From Auanema rhodensis (taxonomy: Eukaryota > Animalia > Nematoda): DNA of 64,000 bases. The notes beneath the pieces are model-generated. The model had not been told where the DNA came from. It made no database searches and saw nothing but the letters and a program-made list of their open reading frames with translations. Below, piece after piece: positions 1-11,905 of the stretch; the first letter of the stretch is position 1; the number at the start of each line of letters is the position of its first letter. The stretch spans positions 2,542,001-2,606,000 of the forward strand of contig OZ059896.1 in NCBI GenBank assembly GCA_964057225.1, in the 5' to 3' direction. A program made the translations under genes and the position numbers.

Positions 1-3000
1 TTAGACTAATATGGACATGGGGAATCTAATTTTGAAAACCGCATCTCTTTATCTTTCACGTGAAGCGAGTTACATACCAAGTGCACATCACGTGTACATT
101 TAATTAGCATAAATTAAAGTTCACTTAAATTTCAAAGTCATGGTTACCATGCACCAATATCAATAAAAATTTGTTTTTAGACTAATATGGACATGGGGAA
201 TCTAATTTTGAAAACCGCATCTCTTTATCTTTCACGTGAAGCGAGTTACATACCAAGTGCACATCACGTGTACATTTAATTAGCATAAATTAAAGTTCAC
301 TTAAATTTGAAAGTCATGGTTACCATGCACCAATATCAATAAAAATTTGTTTTTAGACTAATATGGACATGGGGAATCTATATTTGAAAAACGCATCTCT
401 TTATCTTTCACGTGAAGCGAGTTACATACCAAGTGCACATCACGTGTACATTTAATTAGCATAAATCAAAGTTCACGTAAATTTCAAAGTCATGGTTACC
501 ATGCACCAATATCAATAAAATTTTGTTTTTAGACTAATATGGACATGGGGAATCTAATTTTGAAAACCGCATCTCTTTATTTTTCACGTGAAGCGAGTTA
601 CATACCAAGTGCACATCACGTGTACATTTAATTAGCATAAATTAAAGTTCACGTAAATTTCAAACTCATGGTTACCATGCACCAATATCAATAAAAATTT
701 GTTTCTAGACTAATATGTACATGGAGAATCTAATTTTAAAAACCGCATCTCTTTATCTTTCACGTGAAGCGAGTTACATACCTAGTGCACATCACGTGTA
801 CATTTAATTAGCATAAATTAAAGTTCACGTAAATTTCAAAGTCATGGTTACCATGAACCAATATCAATAAAAATTTGTTTTTAGACTAATATGGACATGG
901 GGAATCTAATTTTGAAAACCGCATCTCTTTATCTTTCACGTGAAGCGAGTTACATACCAAGTGCACATCACGTGTACATTTAATTAGCATAAATTAAAGT
1001 TCACGTAAATTTCAAACTCATGGTTACCATGCACCAATATCAATAAAAATTTGTTTTTAGACTAATATGGACATGGAGAATCTAATTTTGAAAACCGCAT
1101 CTCTTTATCTTTCACGTGAAGCGAGTTACATACCAAGTGCACATCACGTGTACATTTAATTAGCATAAATTAAAGTTCACGTAAATTTCAAACTCATGGT
1201 TACCATGCACCAATATCAATAAAAATTTGTTTTTAGAGTAATATGGACATGGAGAATCTATTTTTAAAAACCGCATCTCTTTATCTTTCACGTGAAGCGA
1301 GTTACATACCAAGTGCACATCACGTGTACATTTAATTAGCATAAATTAAAGTTCACGTAAATTTCAAACTCATGGTTACCATGCACCAATATCAATAAAA
1401 ATTTGTTTTTAGACTAATATGGACATGGAGAATCTAATTTTGAAAACCGCATCTCTTTATCTTTCACGTGAAGCGAGTTACATACCAAGTGCACATCACG
1501 TGTACATTTAATTAGCATAAATTAAAGTTCACGTAAATTTCAAACTCATGGTTACCATGCACCAATATCAATAAAAATTTGTTTTTAGACTAATATGGAC
1601 ATGGAGAATCTATTTTTAAAAACCGCATCTCTTTATCTTTCACGTGAAGCGAGTTACATACCAAGTGCACATCACGTGTACATTTAATTAGCATAAATTA
1701 AAGTTCACGTAAATTTCAAACTCATGGTTACCATGCACCAATATCAATAGAAATTTGTTTTTAGACTAATATGGACATGGAGAATCTAATTTTGAAAACC
1801 GCATCTCTTTATCTTTCACGTGAAGCGAGTTACATACCAAGTGCACATCACGTGTACATTTAATTAGCATAAATTAAAGTTCACGTAAATTTCAAAGTCA
1901 TGGTTACCATGCACCAATATCAATAATATTTTGTTTTTAGACTAATATGGACATTAGGAATCTAATTTTGAAAACCGCATCTCTTTATCTTTCACGTGAA
2001 GCGAGTTACATACCAAGTGCACATCACGTGTACTTTTAATTAGCATAAATTAAAGTTCACGTAAATTTCAAACTCATGGTTACCATGCACCAATATCAAT
2101 AAAAATTTGTTTTTAGACTACTATGGACATGGAGAATCTAATTTTGAAAACCGCATCTCTTTATCTTTCACGTGAAGCGAGTTACATACCAAGTGCACAT
2201 CACGTGTACATTTAATTAGCATAAATTAAAGTTCACGTAAATTTCAAACTCATGGTTACCATGCACCAATATCAATAAAAATTTGTTTTTAGACTAATAT
2301 GGACATGGAGAATCTAATTTTGAAAACCGCATCTCTTTATCTTTCACGTGAAGCGAGTTACATACCAAGTGCACATCACGTGTACATTTAATTAGCATAA
2401 ATTAAAGTTCACGTAAATTTCAAACTCATGGTTACCATGCACCAATATCAATACAATTTTGTTTTTAGACTAATATGGACATGGGGAATCTAATTTTGAA
2501 AACAGCATCTCTTTATCTTTCACGTGAGGCGAGTTACATACCAAGTGCACATCACGTGTACATTTAATTAGCATAAGTTAAAGTTCACGTAAAATTCAAA
2601 GTCATGGTTACCATGCACCAATATCAATAAAAATTTGTTTTTAGACTAATATGGACATGGGGAATCTAATTTTGAAAACCGCATCTCTTTATCTTTCACG
2701 TGAAGCGAGTTACATACCAAGTGCACATCACGTGTACATTTAATTAGCATAAATTAAAGTTCACTTAAATTTCAAAGTCATGGTTACCATGCACCAATAT
2801 CAATAAAAATTTGTTTTTAGACTAATATGGACATGGGGAATCTAATTTTGAAAACCGCATCTCTTTATCTTTCACGTGAAGCGAGTTACATACCAAGTGC
2901 ACATCACGTGTACATTTAATTAGCATAAATTAAAGTTCACTTAAATTTGAAAGTCATGGTTACCATGCACCAATATCAATAAAAATTTGTTTTTAGACTA

Positions 3001-4040
3001 ATATGGACATGGGGAATCTATATTTGAAAAACGCATCTCTTTATCTTTCACGTGAAGCGAGTTACATACCAAGTGCACATCACGTGTACATTTAATTAGC
3101 ATAAATCAAAGTTCACGTAAATTTCAAAGTCATGGTTACCATGCACCAATATCAATAAAATTTTGTTTTTAGACTAATATGGACATGGGGAATCTAATTT
3201 TGAAAACCGCATCTCTTTATTTTTCACGTGAAGCGAGTTACATACCAAGTGCACATCACGTGTACATTTAATTAGCATAAATTAAAGTTCACGTAAATTT
3301 CAAACTCATGGTTACCATGCACCAATATCAATAAAAATTTGTTTTTAGACTAATATGTACATGGAGAATCTAATTTTAAAAACCGCATCTCTTTATCTTT
3401 CACGTGAAGCGAGTTACATACCTAGTGCACATCACGTGTACATTTAATTAGCATAAATTAAAGTTCACGTAAATTTCAAAGTCATGGTTACCATGAACCA
3501 ATATCAATAAAAATTTGTTTTTAGACTAATATGGACATGGGGAATCTAATTTTGAAAACCGCATCTCTTTATCTTTCACGTGAAGCGAGTTACATACCAA
3601 GTGCACATCACGTGTACATTTAATTAGCATAAATTAAAGTTCACGTAAATTTCAAACTCATGGTTACCATGCACCAATATCAATAAAAATTTGTTTTTAG
3701 ACTAATATGGACATGGAGAATCTAATTTTGAAAACCGCATCTCTTTATCTTTCACGTGAAGCGAGTTACATACCAAGTGCACATCACGTGTACATTTAAT
3801 TAGCATAAATTAAAGTTCACGTAAATTTCAAACTCATGGTTACCATGCACCAATATCAATAAAAATTTGTTTTTAGAGTAATATGGACATGGAGAATCTA
3901 TTTTTAAAAACCGCATCTCTTTATCTTTCACGTGAAGCGAGTTACATACCAAGTGCACATCACGTGTACATTTAATTAGCATAAATTAAAGTTCACGTAA
4001 ATTTCAAACTCATGGTTACCATGCACCAATATCAATAAAA
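1..4040. repeat. Block duplication, 15-monomer offset (1-1400 vs 2641-4040)
   Basis: Offset 2640 bp. Shared rare variants include ttagagtaat (1201/3841 lines), cctagtg (781/3421) and cacttaaatttga. One mismatch seen (705 c vs 3345 t). Confidence 0.9.
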
Positions 4041-7000
4041 TTTTGTTTTTAGACTAATATGGACATGGGGAATCTAATTTTGAAAACCGCATCTCTTTAT
4101 CTTTCACGTGAAGCGAGTTACATACCAAGTGCACATCCCGTGTACATTTAATTAGCATAAATTAAAGTTCACGTAAATTTCAAACTCATGGTTACCATGC
4201 ACCAATATCAATAAAAATTTGTTTTCAGACTAATATGGACATGGGGAATCTATATTTGAAAAACGCATCTCTTTATCTTTCACGTGAAGCGAGTTACATA
4301 CCAAGTGCACATCACGTGTACATTTAATTAGCATAAATCAAAGTTCACGTAAATTTCAAAGTCATGGTTACCATGCACCAATATCAATAAAATTTTGTTT
4401 TTAGACTAATATGGACATGGGGAATCTAATTATGAAAACCGCATCTCTTTATCTTTCACGTGAAGCGAGTTACATACCAAGTGCACATCACGTGTACATT
4501 TAATTAGCATAAATTAAAGTTCACGTAAATTTCAAAGTCATGGTTACCATGCACCAATATCAATAAAATTTTGTTTTTAGACTAATATGGACATGGGGAA
4601 TCTAATTTTGAAAACCGCATCTCTTTATTTTTCACGTGAAGCGAGTTACATACCAAGTGCACATCACGTGTACATTTAATTAGCATAAATTAAAGTTCAC
4701 GTAAATTTCAAACTCATGGTTACCATGCACCAATATCAATAAAAATTTGTTTTTAGACTAATATGGACATGGAGAATCTAATTTTAAAAACCGCATCTCT
4801 TTATCTTTCACGTGAAGCGAGTTACATACCAAGTGCACATCACGTGTACATTTAATTAGCATAAATTAAAGTTCACGTAAATTTCAAAGTCATGGTTACC
4901 ATGCACCAATATCAATAAAATTTTATTTTTAGACTAATATGGACATGGGGAATCTAATTTTGAAAACCGCATCTCTTTATCTTTCACGTGAAGCGAGTTA
5001 CATATAAAGTGCACATCACGTGTACATTTAATTAGCATAAATTAAAGTTCACGTAAGTTTCAAAGTCATGGTTACCATGCACCAATATCAATAAAAATTT
5101 GTTTTTAGACTAATATGGACATGGAGAATCTAATTTTGAAAACCGCATCTCTTTATCTTTCACGTGAAGCGAGTTACATACCAAGTGCACATCACGTGTA
5201 CATTTAATTAGCATAAATTAAAGTTCACGTAAATTTCAAACTCATGGTTACCATGCACCAATATCAATAAAAATTTGTTTTTAGACTAATATGGACATGG
5301 AGAATCTATTTTTAAAAGCCGCATCTCTTTATCTTTCACGTGAAGCGAGTTACATACCAAGTGCACATCACGTGTACATTTAATTAGCATAAATTAAAGT
5401 TCACGTAAATTTCAAACTCATGGTTACCATGCACCAATATCAATAGAAATTTGTTTTTAGACTAATATGGACATGGAGAATCTAATTTTGAAAACCGCAT
5501 CTCTTTATCTTTCACGTGAAGCGAGTTACATACCAAGTGCACATCACGTGTACATTTAATTAGCATAAATTAAAGTTCACGTAAATTTCAAAGTCATGGT
5601 TACCATGCACCAATATCAATAATATTTTGTTTTTAGACTAATATGGACATTAGGAATCTAATTTTGAAAACCGCATCTCTTTATCTTTCACGTGAAGCGA
5701 GTTACATACCAAGTGCACATCACGTGTACTTTTAATTAGCATAAATTAAAGTTCACGTAAATTTCAAACTCATGGTTACCATGCACCAATATCAATAAAA
5801 ATTTGTTTTTAGACTAATATGGACATGGAGAATCTAGTTTTGAAAACCGCATCTCTTTATCTTTCACGTGAAGCGAGTTACATACCAAGTGCACATCACG
5901 TGTACTTTTAATTAGCATAAATTAAAGTTCACGTAAATTTCAAACTCATGGTTACCATGCACCAATATCAATAAAAATTTGTTTTTAGACTAATATGGAC
6001 ATGGGGAATCTAATTTTGAAAACCGCATCTCTTATCTTCCACGTGAAGCGAGTTACATACCAAGTGCACATCACGTGTACATTTAATTAGCATAAATTAA
6101 AGTTCACGTAAATTTCAAACTCATGGTTACCATGCACCAATATCAATAAAAATTTGTTTTTAGACTAATATGGACATGGAGAATCTATTTTTAAAAACCG
6201 CATCTCTTTATCTTTCACGTGAAGCGAGTTACATACCAAGTGCACATCACGTGTACATTTAATTAGCATAAATTAAAGTTCACGTAAATTTCAAACTCAT
6301 GGTTACCATGCACCAATATCAATAAAAATTTGTTTTTAGACTAATATGGACATGGGGAATCTAATTTTGAAAACCGCATCTCTTTATCTTCCACGTGAAG
6401 CGAGTTATATACCAAGTGCACATCAAGTGTACATTTAATTAGCATAAATTAAAGTTCACGTAATTTTCAAAGTCATGGTTACCATGCACCAATATCAATA
6501 AAATTTTGTTTTTAGACTAATATGGACATGGGGAATCTAATTTTGAAAACCGCATCTATTTATCTTTCACGCGAAGCGAGTTACATACCAAGTGCACATC
6601 ACGTGTACATTTAATTAGCATAAAGTAAAGTTCACGTAAATTTCAAACTCATGGTTACCATGCACCAATATCAATAAAAATTTGTTTTTAGACTAATATG
6701 GACATGGGGAATCTAATTTTGAAAAACGCATCTCTTTATCTTTCACGTGAAGCGAGTTACATACCAAGTGCACATCACGTGTACATTTAATTAGCATAAA
6801 TTAAAGTTCACGTAAATTTCAAAGTCATGGTTACCATGCACCAATATCAATAAAATTTTGTTTTTAGACTAATATGGACATGGGGAATCTAATTTTGAAA
6901 ACCGCATCTCTTTATCTTTCACGTGAAGCGAGTTACAAACCAAGTGCACATCACGTGTACATTTAATTAGCATAAATTAAAGTTCACGTAATTTTCAAAG

Positions 7001-7329
7001 TCATGGTTACCATGAACCAATATCAATGAATATTTGTTTTTAGACTAATATGGACATGGAGAATCTAATTTTGAAAACCGCATCTCTTTATCTTTCACGT
7101 GAAGCGAGTTACATACCAAGTGCACATCACGTGTACATTTAATTAGCATAAAGTAAAGTTCACGTAAATTTCAAAGTCATGGTTACCATGCACCAATATC
7201 AATAAAATTTTGTTTTTAGACTAATATGGACATGGGGAATCTAATTTTGAAAACCGCATCTCTTTATCTTTCACGTGAAGCGAGTTACATACCAAGTGCA
7301 CATCACGTGTACATTTAATTAGCATAAAT

Positions 7330-10300
7330 TAAAGTTCACGTAAATTTCAAAGTCATGGTTACCATGCACCAATATCAATAAAATTTTATTTTTAGACTAA
7401 TATGGACATGGGGAATCTAATTTTGAAAACCGCATCTCTTTATCTTTCACGTGAAGCGAGTTACATACCAAGTGCACATCACGTGTACATTTAATTAGCA
7501 TAAATTAAAGTTCACGTAAATTTCAAACTCATGGTTACCATGCACCAATATCAATAAAAATTTGTTTTTAGACTAATATGGACATGGAGAATCTAATTTT
7601 GAAAACCGCATCTCTTTATCTTTCACGTGAAGCGAGTTACATACCAAGTGCACATCACGTGTACATTTAATTAGCATAAATTAAAGTTCACGTAAATTTC
7701 AAACTCATGGTTACCATGCACCAATATCAATAAAAATTTGTTTTTAGACTAATATGGACATGGAGAATCTATTTTTAAAAACCGCATCTCTTTATCTTTC
7801 ACGTGAAGCGAGTTACATACCAAGTGCACATCACGTGTACATTTAATTAGCATAAATTAAAGTTCACCTAAATTTCAAACTCATGGTTACCATGCACCAA
7901 TATCAATAAAAATTTGTTTTTAGACTAATATGGACATGGAGAATCTAATTTTGAAAACCGCATCTCTTTATCTTTCACGTGAAGCGAGTTACATACCAAG
8001 TGCACATCACGTGTACATTTAATTAGCATAAATTAAAGTTCACGTAAATTTCAAACTCATGGTTACCATGCACCAATATCAATAAAAATTTGTTTTTAGA
8101 CTAATATGGACATGGAGAATCTATTTTTAAAAACCGCATCTCTTTATCTTTCACGTGAAGCGAGTTACATACCAAGTGCACATCACGTGTACATTTAATT
8201 AGCATAAATTAAAGTTCACGTAAATTTCAAACTCATGGTTACCATGCACCAATATCAATAGAAATTTGTTTTTAGACTAATATGGACATGGAGAATCTAA
8301 TTTTGAAAACCGCATCTCTTTATCTTTCACGTGAAGCGAGTTACATACCAAGTGCACATCACGTGTACATTTAATTAGCATAAATTAAAGTTCACGTAAA
8401 TTTCAAAGTCATGGTTACCATGCACCAATATCAATAATATTTTGTTTTTAGACTAATATGGACATTAGGAATCTAATTTTGAAAACCGCATCTCTTTATC
8501 TTTCACGTGAAGCGAGTTACATATCAAGTGCACATCACGTGTACTTTTAATTAGCATAAATTAAAGTTCACGTAAATTTCAAACTCATGGTTACCATGCA
8601 CCAATATCAATAAAAATTTGTTTTTAGACTACTATGGACATGGAGAATCTAATTTTGAAAACCGCATCTCTTTATCTTTCACGTGAAGCGAGTTACATAC
8701 CAAGTGCACATCACGTGTACATTTAATTAGCATAAATTAAAGTTCACGTAAATTTCAAACTCATGGTTACCATGCACCAATATCAATAAAAATTTGTTTT
8801 TAGACTAATATGGACATGGGGAATCTAATTTTGAAAACCGCATCTCTTTATCTTTCACGTGAAGCGAGTTACATACCAAGTGCACATCACGTGTACATTT
8901 AATTAGCATAAATTAAAGTTCACTTAAATTTCAAAGTCATGGTTACCATGCACCAATATCAATAAAAATTTGTTTTTAGACTAATATGGACATGGGGAAT
9001 CTAATTTTGAAAACCGCATCTCTTTATCTTTCACGTGAAGCGAGTTACATACCAAGTGCACATCACGTGTACATTTAATTAGCATAAATTAAAGTTCACT
9101 TAAATTTGAAAGTCATGGTTACCATGCACCAATATCAATAAAATTTTGTTTTTAGACTAATATGGACATGGGGAATCTAATTTTGAAAACCGCATCTCTT
9201 TATCTTTCACGTGAAGCGAGTTACATACCAAGTGCACATCCCGTGTACATTTAATTAGCATAAATTAAAGTTCACGTAAATTTCAAACTCATGGTTAACA
9301 TGCACCAATATCAATAAAAATTTGTTTTTAGACTAATATGGACATGGAGAATCTAATTTTGAAAACCGCATCTCTTTATCTTTCACGTGAAGCGAGTTAC
9401 ATACCAAGTGCACATCACGTGTACATTTAATTAGCATAAATTAAAGTTCACGTAAATTTGAAAGTCATGGTTACCATGCACCAATATCAATAAAATTTTG
9501 TTTTTAGACTAATATGGACATGGGGAATCTAATTTTGAAAACCGCATCTCTTTATCTTTCACGTGAAGCGAGTTACATACCAAGTGCACATCCCGTGTAC
9601 ATTTAATTAGCATAAATTAAAGTTCACGTAAATTTCAAACTCATGGTTACCATGCACCAATATCAATAAAAATTTGTTTTTAGACTAATATGGACATGGG
9701 GAATCTAATTTTGGAAACCGCATCTCTTATCTTCCACGTGAAGCGAGTTACATACCAAGTGCACATCACGTGTACATTTAATTAGCATAAATTAAAGTTC
9801 ACGTAATTTTCAAAGTCATGGTTACCATGAACCAATATCAATGAATATTTGTTTTTAGACTAATATGGACATGGGGAATCTAATTTTGAAAACCGCATCT
9901 ATTTATCTTTCACGCGAAGCGAGTTACATACCAAGTGCACATCACGTGTACATTTAATTAGCATAAATTAAAGTTCACGTAAATTTCAAAGTCATGGTTA
10001 CCATGCACCAATATCAATAAAATTTTATTTTTAGACTAATATGGACATGGGGAATCTAATTTTGAAAACCGCATCTCTTTATCTTTCACGTGAAGCGAGT
10101 TACATACCAAGTGCACATCACGTGTACATTTAATTAGCATAAATTAAAGTTCACGTAAATTTCAAACTCATGGTTACCATGCACCAATATCAATAAAAAT
10201 TTGTTTTTAGACTAATATGGACATGGAGAATCTAATTTTGAAAACCGCATCTCTTTATCTTTCACGTGAAGCGAGTTACATACCAAGTGCACATCACGTG

Positions 10301-11550
10301 TACATTTAATTAGCATAAATTAAAGTTCACGTAAATTTCAAACTCATGGTTACCATGCACCAATATCAATAAAAATTTGTTTTTAGACTAATATGGACAT
10401 GGAGAATCTATTTTTAAAAACCGCATCTCTTTATCTTTCACGTGAAGCGAGTTACATACCAAGTGCACATCACGTGTACATTTAATTAGCATAAATTAAA
10501 GTTCACCTAAATTTCAAACTCATGGTTACCATGCACCAATATCAATAAAAATTTGTTTTTAGACTAATATGGACATGGAGAATCTAATTTTGAAAACCGC
10601 ATCTCTTTATCTTTCACGTGAAGCGAGTTACATACCAAGTGCACATCACGTGTACATTTAATTAGCATAAATTAAAGTTCACGTAAATTTCAAACTCATG
10701 GTTACCATGCACCAATATCAATAAAAATTTGTTTTTAGACTAATATGGACATGGAGAATCTATTTTTAAAAACCGCATCTCTTTATCTTTCACGTGAAGC
10801 GAGTTACATACCAAGTGCACATCACGTGTACATTTAATTAGCATAAATTAAAGTTCACGTAAATTTCAAACTCATGGTTACCATGCACCAATATCAATAG
10901 AAATTTGTTTTTAGACTAATATGGACATGGAGAATCTAATTTTGAAAACCGCATCTCTTTATCTTTCACGTGAAGCGAGTTACATACCAAGTGCACATCA
11001 CGTGTACATTTAATTAGCATAAATTAAAGTTCACGTAAATTTCAAAGTCATGGTTACCATGCACCAATATCAATAATATTTTGTTTTTAGACTAATATGG
11101 ACATTAGGAATCTAATTTTGAAAACCGCATCTCTTTATCTTTCACGTGAAGCGAGTTACATATCAAGTGCACATCACGTGTACTTTTAATTAGCATAAAT
11201 TAAAGTTCACGTAAATTTCAAACTCATGGTTACCATGCACCAATATCAATAAAAATTTGTTTTTAGACTACTATGGACATGGAGAATCTAATTTTGAAAA
11301 CCGCATCTCTTTATCTTTCACGTGAAGCGAGTTACATACCAAGTGCACATCACGTGTACATTTAATTAGCATAAATTAAAGTTCACGTAAATTTCAAACT
11401 CATGGTTACCATGCACCAATATCAATAAAAATTTGTTTTTAGACTAATATGGACATGGGGAATCTAATTTTGAAAACCGCATCTCTTTATCTTTCACGTG
11501 AAGCGAGTTACATACCAAGTGCACATCACGTGTACATTTAATTAGCATAA
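7330..11550. repeat. Block duplication of about 9 monomers, offset 2639 bp (15 monomers - 1)
   Basis: Private variants ttcacctaa (7865/10504) and tatcaagtg (8522/11161) recur at exactly 2639 bp. Ends are approximate. Confidence 0.85.
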
Positions 11551-11905
11551 ATCAAAGTTCACGTAAATTTCAAAGTCATGGTTACCATGCACCAATATCA
11601 ATAAAATTTTGTTTTTAGACTAATATGGACATGGGGAATCTAATTTTGAAAACCGCATCTCTTTATCTTTCACGTGAAGCGAGTTACATACCAAGTGCAC
11701 ATCACGTGTACATTTAATTAGCATAAATTAAAGTTCACTTAAATTTCAAAGTCATGGTTACCATGCACCAATATCAATAAAAATTTGTTTTTAGACTAAT
11801 ATGGACATGGGGAATCTAATTTTGAAAACCGCATCTCTTTATCTTTCACGTGAAGCGAGTTACATACCAAGTGCACATCACGTGTACATTTAATTAGCAT
11901 AAATC

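Noticed and set aside
161-170. AATAAA polyadenylation signal in most monomers
   Set aside because: Expected by chance in 68% AT sequence, frequently mutated (aatgaa, aataga, aataca), and there is no gene context.
1-176. Identity with known ~176-bp satellites (Brassica CentBr, honeybee AluI, Arabidopsis CEN178, primate alpha)
   Set aside because: Only the length is similar. The consensus has no HindIII or AluI site (I saw AGCT once, near 31083) and I recall no sequence match. A database search is needed.
1-176. tRNA-, 5S rRNA- or telomere-derived repeat
   Set aside because: No cloverleaf, Pol III A/B/C boxes or telomeric repeat motif is recognisable.
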